A DNA stretch of 64,000 bases from a virus. Positions 1 through 8,182 of the stretch are shown here, piece by piece. The notes under the pieces were generated by a model, which ran no database searches, had not been told where the DNA came from, and was given only the letters and a program-made list of their open reading frames with translations. The first letter of the stretch is position 1. Every line of letters starts with the position of its first letter. Both the position numbers and the translations under genes were made by a program. Location: IMG/VR virus record IMGVR_UViG_3300042898_002521, positions 23,549-87,548 of that record; one strand, 5' to 3'.

Positions 1-260
1 GTAGTGCGCTCAGATTTGGCATGACGTGCGTAACTAGTAGCTTCAGCTAAACCTGCATATCCAGCTTCCCTATCAGCTATGTCTTCTCTGATGTCAGACT
101 CATCCATTTGCATCATGTAACTGCTGGCTTGTTCATAAGCATTTGGGCGACGACCTGGATCGCTACCACGGTCTGGTGGAGTTAGGGACTCAGCGTGTTC
201 ATCTTGCCATTCAGATGTATGGCTAAAATCGTTAGGATTGTCGTTATCTCCGCGTGACAT
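1..260 (-). CDS. Hypothetical acidic protein, runs off the window edge; carries the PPDRGSDPGRRP motif
   Basis: Manual translation from ATG at 260: MSRGDNDNPNDFSHTSEWQDEHAESLTPPDRGSDPGRRPNAYEQ...; open to position 1; abuts the stop of the 262..714 ORF; not in the ORF track. Confidence 0.75.
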   Translation of the reverse strand, partial: MSRGDNDNPNDFSHTSEWQDEHAESLTPPDRGSDPGRRPNAYEQASSYMMQMDESDIREDIADREAGYAGLAEATSYARHAKSERT

Positions 261-261
261 A

Positions 262-714
262 TTAGTACCCGCCCATATTAGGACGACGTGCCTCACTATT
301 ACCGCGGTCTGGTGGAACTACGGGCGTGTCATTAACATCATAACCATCGCGATCACGCGTTGCGTACAATGATTTTCCACCCAGTTTAGCCAAGTCGTCT
401 CCACTTATAGGATAACCTGGAATGTCTCGTTCGGCTTCTTTTTTTGTATAGCCCTTTTTTCCATACTTTAAAATAAAATCATGCTGTTGTTCTATGTGGT
501 CTGAGTACCGTTCTTTAACATCTTCTACACTAGAATGGGCTATAGAAGGGGTAATGGCTGGGCCAAAGTAAGGATGATAATCTTCTTGATGATCCTCTGG
601 ATTATCTAAAATAGCTACGTTTTCAGTAGGCTGTAAATTATTGTCGCGCAAATCTTTAACATTTTCGGCAGAAACAGCCCTGTCAAAAGTTGGTTTTTTT
701 GATTTCTTAGCCAT
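262..714 (-). CDS. Hypothetical protein, paralog of 717..1160, C-terminal PPDRG motif
   Basis: 150-aa ORF, tightly packed; MAKKSK N-terminus, PISGDDLAK, PPDRGNSEARRP. Confidence 0.8.
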   Translation of the reverse strand: MAKKSKKPTFDRAVSAENVKDLRDNNLQPTENVAILDNPEDHQEDYHPYFGPAITPSIAHSSVEDVKERYSDHIEQQHDFILKYGKKGYTKKEAERDIPGYPISGDDLAKLGGKSLYATRDRDGYDVNDTPVVPPDRGNSEARRPNMGGY

Positions 715-716
715 TG

Positions 717-1160
717 TTATACCTTTGAACGGCGTGCAGGGTCGCTGCCACGATCTGGTGGAGCTACTACATTTGCACGAATAGCAGATTTACTAGGGGT
801 TAACATGTTTGGGCGAATAGGATATCCGCCTTCATCTGCGTCATCATATGACCTGTACAGAGTGGTGTACCCCTCTTCATCGTCATAATTACCCCTTCTT
901 GGACTAGGGTCAAGTTCAGTTCGTGAGTTACGCATTTTTGCAATGTCGTCCCCACTTACGGGACCGCTAGGTGCGTCTTCAAATCTTGAGTTTACAAGAC
1001 GATCAACTGGTGCTTTATACCCATTTCGAGGGTGCTGTAAAAATTTTTCTGGTTCATCTAGTACAGCTTCGTCATCAATATGCACTGCTTTACCTAAAGT
1101 ATCGCGGGCCTTAGCGTGCTCTCGTGTAATAGCTTTACTAAATTTTGACTTTTTAGCCAT
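717..1160 (-). CDS. Hypothetical protein, paralog of 262..714
   Basis: Start moved to ATG 1160 (MAKKSKF, AGGAG upstream); PVSGDDIAK, PPDRGSDPARR. Confidence 0.8.
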   Translation of the reverse strand: MAKKSKFSKAITREHAKARDTLGKAVHIDDEAVLDEPEKFLQHPRNGYKAPVDRLVNSRFEDAPSGPVSGDDIAKMRNSRTELDPSPRRGNYDDEEGYTTLYRSYDDADEGGYPIRPNMLTPSKSAIRANVVAPPDRGSDPARRSKV

Positions 1161-1161
1161 A

Positions 1162-1368
1162 TTATGCTCCTGGGTTGACTTTTTGCGGTTCCTCGGAGTT
1201 AATAAAACCATAGTTCATGTAAGGATGCAAACCTGCGCGGTTAGCTACGACAGACTGGTCACCCATGCCAGCAGCGACTGTTGTATTTGGGCGACGCTTT
1301 CGGTATTTTCCATCGGTAGACCCTTCATTAAGCTCTGCATTAGGCGAGCGGCGATATGGTACGGTCAT
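1162..1368 (-). CDS. Hypothetical protein
   Basis: 68-aa ORF, TAATG-coupled to the upstream gene. Confidence 0.7.
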   Translation of the reverse strand: MTVPYRRSPNAELNEGSTDGKYRKRRPNTTVAAGMGDQSVVANRAGLHPYMNYGFINSEEPQKVNPGA

Positions 1369-1601
1369 TAGGACACCATTCCGTTCTTTACGTGGTTGTA
1401 AGACTTGCGATTACTGCACCCTGCACAATATTGATTATGCAATGCACGGTAGGGGTCTAAATTTAAACCGCATTCTATACAAGGCTTACTATTATTGTAG
1501 TACGTATTCTCAAGGTTTTTCTGGGTAACTAAGGAAACATCTGTGGCTCCCGCCATACCCTCGCCTGTAGCGTCTGTCATTATTCCTGGATCAATAGCCA
1601 T
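1368..1601 (-). CDS. Small zinc-ribbon protein
   Basis: Two CxxC pairs (CIEC, CAGC); TAATG coupling. Confidence 0.7.
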   Translation of the reverse strand: MAIDPGIMTDATGEGMAGATDVSLVTQKNLENTYYNNSKPCIECGLNLDPYRALHNQYCAGCSNRKSYNHVKNGMVS

Positions 1602-1948
1602 TAGACTCCGCCTCCTAAAGTATTTCGTGAGCTTGGTTCAGCCTGGGCCGCTGGCTTAGCTGTGTCCACACGCTCGGTCATTGGAACATTCAAGTCTATC
1701 ATGTCATCTATCCCGTACTCACGGGTTTCGTAACCAAATCGTGGGGGAAATAATTGAATCTGCGGCAGGTTAGGACGAACGTACTGTTGGATGTCTTCGC
1801 TGGACATCTGAAGGGACGCCAGGGCCTGTGACAAGTTTTGCTCTTGGTTGCTAGCAAAAGGACCAATGTACGCCTGTGGAGGATACGCAGCCTCTGGTGG
1901 GGCAATCCACGGCCTATTAGAATAGACACCGCTAGTTAAATTAGGCAT
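1601..1948 (-). CDS. Hypothetical protein
   Basis: 115-aa ORF, TAATG-coupled at both ends. Confidence 0.7.
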   Translation of the reverse strand: MPNLTSGVYSNRPWIAPPEAAYPPQAYIGPFASNQEQNLSQALASLQMSSEDIQQYVRPNLPQIQLFPPRFGYETREYGIDDMIDLNVPMTERVDTAKPAAQAEPSSRNTLGGGV

Positions 1949-2172
1949 TATTTACCCCTTTTAAGACATGTGTCACTGTGTGTTTCTAAAGTACCGACGC
2001 AATCTCTGCAAGGCATGTCCGCAAACATACTACGGGAAACTTTATAATAAGGGTATTCTCCAACCATGTTTTCTGGTTTGGATGCTTCCGCAGCAGCTCG
2101 CATGGTGGCTCCATGTTGTTGTTCTGGGGTAAACCCCTTAGCATCAAGAAAATCTTTTTTGTTTCTTGGCAT
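1948..2172 (-). CDS. Hypothetical protein, possible C-terminal CxxC-H-C zinc site
   Basis: 74 aa, CRDC...HSDTC; TAATG coupling. Confidence 0.65.
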   Translation of the reverse strand: MPRNKKDFLDAKGFTPEQQHGATMRAAAEASKPENMVGEYPYYKVSRSMFADMPCRDCVGTLETHSDTCLKRGK

Positions 2173-2645
2173 TATTGGTATTCCTTAGGATAAACTTCTT
2201 TAACTTTTTTCAAGTGTTCTTCATGGGCTTGAATAAACTTCTTTGGGTCCATATCAACTGGGCCCATAACGTTGGGGTCAGGGTGACTAATGTTAGTAAC
2301 GTCTAATGTTCCGTGCTTAGCATGGGTATGGTCAATATAAATGCCGCCACTCCATGTTGATTTCCAAGGGCCACTTGAATGCTCAACATAAGGTGAGTTA
2401 TCTTCATCAGTTTTAACCATATGAGGTGGAAACGATCTCATTTTGTACAAATTATGCGCATCTACAGCGGCTCTAAACCCGCCCTTTTCCCCCGTCATTG
2501 CCATTTCTAAACCTTCAAACAAGTGTTCACCAATGGCACGCCCCTGCATTTCACGAGATTCACGTTGACTAATGCCAAAATCTTCAGGGTTAAGATTAGG
2601 AGTACGGCGTGGGTCAGACCCTTTATCTGAAGGGGTTTCGTTCAT
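2172..2645 (-). CDS. Hypothetical protein with N-terminal PSDKGSDPRR motif
   Basis: Start moved to ATG 2645 (MNETPSDKGSDPRRTP), GGAG upstream, just after the stop of 2647..3186. Confidence 0.75.
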   Translation of the reverse strand: MNETPSDKGSDPRRTPNLNPEDFGISQRESREMQGRAIGEHLFEGLEMAMTGEKGGFRAAVDAHNLYKMRSFPPHMVKTDEDNSPYVEHSSGPWKSTWSGGIYIDHTHAKHGTLDVTNISHPDPNVMGPVDMDPKKFIQAHEEHLKKVKEVYPKEYQ

Positions 2646-2646
2646 G

Positions 2647-3186
2647 TTATCTCCAGCTTGGGCGCATGTTACGAAGCTGGGATGCCCGCTTTTGGTCAAT
2701 GTTGTAGGGGGAATCGCTACGTACGTCAGGGCCAGCCTTGCCATCATTTGGAAGGTGAGGGGCTGGAACAAGTTTTTGGTTCTCAACGTGACGAGGCACC
2801 ATGTAGGTACTGCCATCAAACTTAGCTTTCATTTGACGCTTAACCCCACGGGCTGGGTCTAATTCAGTTGGGTAGTAGTAATCAGACGGGTCAATGCGCT
2901 CACCACGGTGAACGCCTCTTTGATAACCGCGCTGACCGAGGCGTTGCTTCATGCTATTCAGAACTGTGTCTGAAGTGCTAGAAGGACGACCTCGGTCATC
3001 ACGGCGGGAACGAATAGTTCCTAAATAGCCATCAGGGTATTCAGCAGATGGAACCCTACCTACACCAAGGCGCAAGAAATCAAGCTCTCCGCGAGCTACG
3101 GGTACGCCACCGCCACCATATGTGGTGTTAGTGCCGTATAGACCGTTGGCGCCTAGATTTTGAATGTTCTGGTGGGCTTGAGGCAT
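2647..3186 (-). CDS. Hypothetical phage protein, leaderless
   Basis: 179-aa ORF; TAAAAT -10 box 6 nt before ATG. Confidence 0.75.
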   Translation of the reverse strand: MPQAHQNIQNLGANGLYGTNTTYGGGGVPVARGELDFLRLGVGRVPSAEYPDGYLGTIRSRRDDRGRPSSTSDTVLNSMKQRLGQRGYQRGVHRGERIDPSDYYYPTELDPARGVKRQMKAKFDGSTYMVPRHVENQKLVPAPHLPNDGKAGPDVRSDSPYNIDQKRASQLRNMRPSWR

Positions 3187-3206
3187 ACCCTAATTTTACG
3201 GGTAAA

Positions 3207-4235
3207 TTACCTTGCTGTTGACCTAAACTCAGTACCTGCGTAAACTGCCCAGCCATCCATGATATGAATATTTTCAATACTAAAATCGTTGGCACCTTTA
3301 AAGTCGCCTGCTGATTTGTACCAAACTAGACCCATACCTTGTTGCCAGTCTTCGTACTGTAATACTGGGCGTTCATCAGCTTTAATCCCGCCTTTAACGG
3401 AAGGAACTGCGCCATCAATACGGCATAAGCAACCTGGGCTATACGCACCGTTTTGAACAGGACCTGCAAGTGTATCGTGAGTCTTGTAATGCAAATCCAT
3501 GCGGTGTGAATGACCGTAAACAGTAGTGTACATAGGCTCTTTACTTACGTACTTTGCCGCTGTAGAACCGTTAGAGTTGGCGGTCACGCCGTGGCGTGCT
3601 ACAAGACGATCGTTAATCCAAAACTTATCTGCTGGATACCCGTCTACATAGGTTACGCCAATATCGTCAAACCTAAGCAAATGAGGAATACTCATAACGG
3701 GAGTATCACTACCAATTTGTTTCATACGTGAACTAGCCATTGCGTTTAAGCCCACGTATCTTACAAGACGGCAATCATGGTTTCCTTCAATAAACACAAT
3801 TTCTGCGTCAGGGGAGATTGCTCTTTGACCAGCAATGTAATCATGACCAGCTTTTAAGGACTCATTAACAGTGTTAAAAAATGCATTTTCTTGAGCATAC
3901 TTACCAAACATAGGTAGGTCAATAGTATCTCCAAGATTAATAATTTGATCAATTCCGTATTCTTCTTCTAAAGTAGCCGTTACTTGCATGGCAACATTAA
4001 TAGCATTTATATCGTGGAATGGGTCTAAAGAACCGTCTTCATAACGACGGTATCCAATTTGGGTATCTGGCAATAGAACTGCCAATTTCCAATCGGTTTT
4101 GCCTTTTTTATTTTTAGTCTTTGTGGTTTTAGGCAATTTAGCGGCATTTACTGGTTTGAGAGTTGTTGACTCATCTACTTGTGGCTCGTTTAACGCAGCC
4201 ATAATGATGTCGATAAACTCTATTGTGTTTGACAT
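3207..4235 (-). CDS. Calcineurin-like metallophosphoesterase
   Basis: Motifs PDTQ, NLGD, EGNHD, HG, GHSH in canonical order. Confidence 0.85.
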   Translation of the reverse strand: MSNTIEFIDIIMAALNEPQVDESTTLKPVNAAKLPKTTKTKNKKGKTDWKLAVLLPDTQIGYRRYEDGSLDPFHDINAINVAMQVTATLEEEYGIDQIINLGDTIDLPMFGKYAQENAFFNTVNESLKAGHDYIAGQRAISPDAEIVFIEGNHDCRLVRYVGLNAMASSRMKQIGSDTPVMSIPHLLRFDDIGVTYVDGYPADKFWINDRLVARHGVTANSNGSTAAKYVSKEPMYTTVYGHSHRMDLHYKTHDTLAGPVQNGAYSPGCLCRIDGAVPSVKGGIKADERPVLQYEDWQQGMGLVWYKSAGDFKGANDFSIENIHIMDGWAVYAGTEFRSTAR

Positions 4236-4456
4236 TTACAGTCCCCTCGCACATGCGATTTAAAAGTGGTTGATTTGAATGGAAGGTCGGTTAAGGTAGT
4301 CATAGAACGGTATAAATTAGCTACATTGATTGATTTTTTTTGCATTAATAAAGCAAAACCTTCTTGGTCTGATTTACTTTGTTGATGTAACCAAGCGCCA
4401 AAACTACACTTAGCATCTGCATCATTTAAATGCTGTTTAATAATTTCACTAAACAC
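4220..4456 (-). CDS. Small hypothetical protein coupled to the phosphoesterase
   Basis: GTG start with AAGGAGG RBS; overlaps the next gene. Confidence 0.75.
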   Translation of the reverse strand: MFSEIIKQHLNDADAKCSFGAWLHQQSKSDQEGFALLMQKKSINVANLYRSMTTLTDLPFKSTTFKSHVRGDCKCQTQ

Positions 4457-4514
4457 GATTCCTCCTTGGAATTTCGTTGCCCATTCAGACTAGCATACAC
4501 ATAAATCTAAAAAC

Positions 4515-4546
4515 AACAAAACCCCAACTGAAAATTCAGTTGGGGC
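4515..4546 (-). terminator. Intrinsic terminator
   Basis: CCCCAACTG-AATTTT-CAGTTGGGG followed by TTTTGTTGTTTT on the minus strand. Confidence 0.75.
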
Positions 4547-4581
4547 GTGTCGAAAGTCCACCGTAGTCCACGGTAGTCTAT

Positions 4582-4911
4582 TTAGTTAGTGCTGTACATT
4601 CCTGCAAGGAAATTAGGTGCGCTTCGGTTGATAGCATGCTGGAACAAACGTCCGTTAGCCTGCGTCATACCAGCTTCTGGAGCAGTGTGAGCTTCAAAGC
4701 CGACCTGTATGCCGTAGCATGCGCCACAACGCTCTTTTGGAGCAAATACATAGGCAGGACCTGCTGGAGACAAAGCTGGGTTTACAGATTTGCTGTGTCC
4801 CTTAGGCATTAGCATTGTGTTCTTTGATGGCGCACCTGATGCGTTCACAACAGCGCCAGCGCCCATAGGGGCTGAACCGTCTGCTGGAACAGGGGCAATA
4901 TTTTTAGCCAT
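4582..4911 (-). CDS. Hypothetical protein
   Basis: 109-aa ORF, GAGG RBS; upstream CTGACT-N17-TATCCT promoter. Confidence 0.75.
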   Translation of the reverse strand: MAKNIAPVPADGSAPMGAGAVVNASGAPSKNTMLMPKGHSKSVNPALSPAGPAYVFAPKERCGACYGIQVGFEAHTAPEAGMTQANGRLFQHAINRSAPNFLAGMYSTN

Positions 4912-4976
4912 TTAAACCTCTTTAAGAGTGGGATATCCTTATTAAAGGATAAAGGGGTTTTCTTTAATAGTCAGGC

Positions 4977-5255
4977 TTAATCAGAAGTGATTGTAAAAAC
5001 AATAGCTGAAATATCGCCATCATGACTTGTAATAGTGGAAAACCCTGGAATGCACTTAAGGTCTAAACCTCTAGGAGCTGTGTAACCGCGTGCAATGGCA
5101 ATAGCTTTAACAGCCTGGTTAACCGCGCCTGCGCCAACGGCACGAAGCTTGCAAGAATGATTTTCATAAATACTGTGGGCAATAGCCGCAGCCACTGACT
5201 GGGGGTTAGACCCAGCGCCAACTTTTAAAATTTGCTCGTCTTGTATTTCAGACAT
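4977..5255 (-). CDS. spoVS: SpoVS-family protein
   Basis: LKVGAGSNPQSVAAAIA...RAVGAGAVNQAVKAIAIARG...IPGF...ISAIVF matches the SpoVS signature. Confidence 0.9.
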   Translation of the reverse strand: MSEIQDEQILKVGAGSNPQSVAAAIAHSIYENHSCKLRAVGAGAVNQAVKAIAIARGYTAPRGLDLKCIPGFSTITSHDGDISAIVFTITSD

Positions 5256-5313
5256 TTTGTACCTCGTATTGTAATAGTGTTTTTATCAATTATGAGGTAT
5301 TACACCCGCATTT

Positions 5314-5856
5314 TCAGGGTGAAGTTAACTTATCGTACACTTCTTTTTCATATTCAAAATCATGCTTATTCATTACAATACGAGCTAATCCATAGGAATC
5401 TGCTGCGTTATCGTCAGTAAAATCAACATCCCATTTTTTGTAAACCGCTAGTAACATCTGGCTTTTACTTATTCCTGTGCCTTTTCCAGTCACGTATTTC
5501 TTTAGGCTAGTTGGAGGTACCACTAAAGGGAACCGCGCTTGGGGAACCGCTGGGTACAAGTCATACATTAGTAACCTAAGCATTCCACCTAATTCACCTG
5601 CCATGTTAGCCATCTGTGATCCAAATGCATAGCCTTCCATGCAAGTTTTTTGCACATCATAACTAGATAAAAAATCTTCAGTATAGTTACGCAAGTTTGA
5701 AAGTCTTTCTACACCAGTTCCCTCTGGCTTATACACCTCAGTGTAATAGTTAAGATTTTTATCAATAGCGGTTATAGCAAACCCGCTATACGACTGGTCA
5801 ATACCTACGGCTACTGCTCCTCGCAGGTTTGGCTTACCAAAAATTTTCTTAGCCAC
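5314..5856 (-). CDS. ruvC: RuvC-like Holliday junction resolvase
   Basis: GIDQS, MEGYAF, PTSLKKYVTGKG...K, DDNAADS catalytic pattern. Confidence 0.85.
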   Translation of the reverse strand: MAKKIFGKPNLRGAVAVGIDQSYSGFAITAIDKNLNYYTEVYKPEGTGVERLSNLRNYTEDFLSSYDVQKTCMEGYAFGSQMANMAGELGGMLRLLMYDLYPAVPQARFPLVVPPTSLKKYVTGKGTGISKSQMLLAVYKKWDVDFTDDNAADSYGLARIVMNKHDFEYEKEVYDKLTSP

Positions 5857-5981
5857 TACTTTTTGTGCTTTTCTTTAATGTGAGCTATAAGGTCTAGAAC
5901 CTCAACAAACGTGGACTCACAATAAGAACAACGGTGTTCTTGGTTATACATTCGCATCATATCCTCAGTTTTATTGCACAT
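5856..5981 (-). CDS. 41-aa C2H2 zinc-finger miniprotein (not in ORF track)
   Basis: MCNKTEDMMRMYNQEHRCSYCESTFVEVLDLIAHIKEKHKK; exactly fills the gap with stop/start overlaps. Confidence 0.7.
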   Translation of the reverse strand: MCNKTEDMMRMYNQEHRCSYCESTFVEVLDLIAHIKEKHKK

Positions 5982-6469
5982 TAGGTTGTAAACTTACTGG
6001 CTCTGTTAGTAAAGCTGGAAGATGTGCGGCGAGTAAGATCACGGCTAATAAACGCACAGTCGCGTTCTACGTTAGCGTGCATCATTTCCATACCTTTGCG
6101 GTACGCATTGGCCTCTGTGTGTGCTTGAGCTAGTTTAAATACGTTAGGATCAGCCATAACTTTAGCCTTAATAGCTGAGACAGTCATTTTAGGTTGAGTA
6201 TAGTCTTCCATGGCAGAAGCCTCAGCGTAGTCCAACCGTTTCTTAGCGTTGACTTCATCAATTTGTGCGCACGCCATTTGAGCAGTAATAAAAGACAAGA
6301 AAGCGTTGTATTCTTGAAATAGTCTCATAGCACCCAAATCATCTAAGTCTGTAATATCAGACGGCATTATTGGGTTGATACCAGTAAACTCTGAATCAAA
6401 AGTAAATCCTTGAGCACGAATTGTATCAATAGTACGTTGGCTTTCCTCAGCCCTAAGTTTAATTGACAT
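5981..6469 (-). CDS. Hypothetical coiled-coil protein in the recombination block
   Basis: Start moved to ATG 6469 (MSIKLRAEE); helical sequence. Confidence 0.7.
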   Translation of the reverse strand: MSIKLRAEESQRTIDTIRAQGFTFDSEFTGINPIMPSDITDLDDLGAMRLFQEYNAFLSFITAQMACAQIDEVNAKKRLDYAEASAMEDYTQPKMTVSAIKAKVMADPNVFKLAQAHTEANAYRKGMEMMHANVERDCAFISRDLTRRTSSSFTNRASKFTT

Positions 6470-7334
6470 TAAACACCTCACATTTAGAACAGCTACCTGT
6501 TGGAGATATATTACACCCAGGAGGCTGTTGTTTGTCAATTGCAGCCATAATCATGGTAGCGGCTTCAAACAAAGGTGTTACCCCAAAATCACTTTTAGGA
6601 ATAATAAATTCTTTAACTTCTTGATTAGGTTTAGCTTCGTAAATAAATACAGCTTCTTTAGGGTAGTTAGTTGGGTCCATAAGTTCCAGTAGTTTCATGT
6701 AAACCTGAGCTTGCATGATATGAGTATAAAACGGAGACTTTAAATTAGACCATGCTTTTTTAAAATCTTCTCCCTGTTCTTGCCAACCCATTCGGTCTTC
6801 CCAAGCAAATGTACCTTCACCTACGGACTTAATCTCAAGCAATAAGTCATCCCCAAAATCTTTAAGCCAACCGTCAGCATGACCTGAGATACCATGCGCT
6901 GGACTGGACACAGGAACTTCGTTGTATACCACTGGCCCACAACCGTCAATGTGAGGTTCCATTTCAGCCGATAAGCCCCACTCTTTAAGTCCGCAATTTA
7001 AACATTTCCATTGACCATACAGCTTACCCATATCTCTAAACCAGTTTTGCCAACGAGCATGGATGCGATGACCCTCTTCAAAAGTAAGATGAGTCTTCAT
7101 GCTGGAACGGTATTTAGGAGGAGCAGGCTCCGCGCCCTGTAAGTGGTAGTACTCAGCTCGGTGGCACCAGTCAGGCTTAATCATAGCCGAAGGGTGAATT
7201 ACATCAGTAGCACGGCTCTTGTCAGCTGGTCGTGCAAGAATCCAACGCTCTACAGAACCAACAACTCTAGTTTGTTTTTTCCCAACGTCTACCAATTTTT
7301 TAAGAGTACCTAATGGGCGGGTGATTTGGGTCAT
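6459..7334 (-). CDS. Cas4-like PD-(D/E)xK exonuclease
   Basis: HPSA..DWC, G..IH, GHADG, EIKS, QAQVYM; C-terminal C-x7-C-x2-C consistent with an Fe-S staple; start moved to ATG 7334 with AAGGA RBS. Confidence 0.8.
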   Translation of the reverse strand: MTQITRPLGTLKKLVDVGKKQTRVVGSVERWILARPADKSRATDVIHPSAMIKPDWCHRAEYYHLQGAEPAPPKYRSSMKTHLTFEEGHRIHARWQNWFRDMGKLYGQWKCLNCGLKEWGLSAEMEPHIDGCGPVVYNEVPVSSPAHGISGHADGWLKDFGDDLLLEIKSVGEGTFAWEDRMGWQEQGEDFKKAWSNLKSPFYTHIMQAQVYMKLLELMDPTNYPKEAVFIYEAKPNQEVKEFIIPKSDFGVTPLFEAATMIMAAIDKQQPPGCNISPTGSCSKCEVFNVN

Positions 7335-7551
7335 GTGGGTCCTTCTTATTTGGTTTATGGTAGTCATTGCAAGAATGCCAATCGTACTTAGTTACATTCT
7401 TACCACACATTGGACAAGAAATCCAACCTTTGCGTGGAGAGTCTGTAGCTTTGCGTTGATAATCTGTATTTGATTTTGCAACTATGCATTTGTGCGTCTC
7501 TCCACGCCACCATACACTACAGTCAGGACATTTAAAAGGATCATACGTCAT
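7300..7551 (-). CDS. Small double zinc-ribbon protein
   Basis: CPDC...HKC and CPMC...HSC. Confidence 0.65.
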   Translation of the reverse strand: MTYDPFKCPDCSVWWRGETHKCIVAKSNTDYQRKATDSPRKGWISCPMCGKNVTKYDWHSCNDYHKPNKKDPHDPNHPPIRYS

Positions 7552-7871
7552 TTTTTTTTACCACTTTCTACCCAGTCTTTCAGGGTCACTCCGTTACGTT
7601 CAGCTTTGCGTTTTAACGCATTTCTTTCTCTATGGCTTAGCCCACCCCAAATACCATACTGCTCGTTCATAGTTTCTGAGTACATCAAACACTCTTTACG
7701 AACAGGGCATTCAGGACGACCGTCTCTACCAAAGCATATTCCTTTAGAAACATCAGCAATAGATTTGTAAAGTTCTTTTTCTCTGGGTGGAAACCATAGC
7801 TCCGTATCCATACCTTTACATTTAGCGTCTGCGCGCCAGTTCTCTACGTCTAAGGGGTCTCGCACGAACAC
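7548..7871 (-). CDS. whiB: WhiB-family transcription factor
   Basis: W..DAKC, TELWFP, C...CPVRKEC, GIWGG, ER motifs. Confidence 0.92.
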   Translation of the reverse strand: MFVRDPLDVENWRADAKCKGMDTELWFPPREKELYKSIADVSKGICFGRDGRPECPVRKECLMYSETMNEQYGIWGGLSHRERNALKRKAERNGVTLKDWVESGKKK

Positions 7872-8182
7872 TCCTGGAGCTTTTGGCGAAGCTCCAGGAA
7901 ATCGTTTTCATCTAACATGACATAGTTCTCGCCATTAAGATGGAAACCTAGGACAGGCATCCTACCGTCAAGGATAGCTTCCTTAACAATTTTTTCCAGG
8001 ACCCCCGCTTTAACGGTTACCTGTTGCTTGCCTGTCCACTTATGTTCTATAAGTAGGTCGCGAGACCTGACATCACCTTTGCGGCTCCAAAAAGCTCCAC
8101 TGGCAGCTACGGTACTACCGCCAACTGCTTTAGCTAGTCTGTTCTCGTGCTTCTTAGACTGCTTTTGCCCTTCAGAGCGCAC
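7850..8182 (-). CDS. Hjc-like (PD-(D/E)xK) resolvase/endonuclease
   Basis: HE..LA, SGA, KGDV, LIEHK; probable GTG start at 8182. Confidence 0.7.
   Translation of the reverse strand: MRSEGQKQSKKHENRLAKAVGGSTVAASGAFWSRKGDVRSRDLLIEHKWTGKQQVTVKAGVLEKIVKEAILDGRMPVLGFHLNGENYVMLDENDFLELRQKLQECSCETP

Noticed and set aside
4557-4579. 10-bp tandem repeat GTCCAC[CG]GTA
   Set aside because: Only about two copies and not seen elsewhere; too weak to interpret.
6459-7334. CRISPR-Cas system implied by the Cas4-like gene
   Set aside because: No array or other cas genes in the window; solo Cas4-like nucleases are common in phages.
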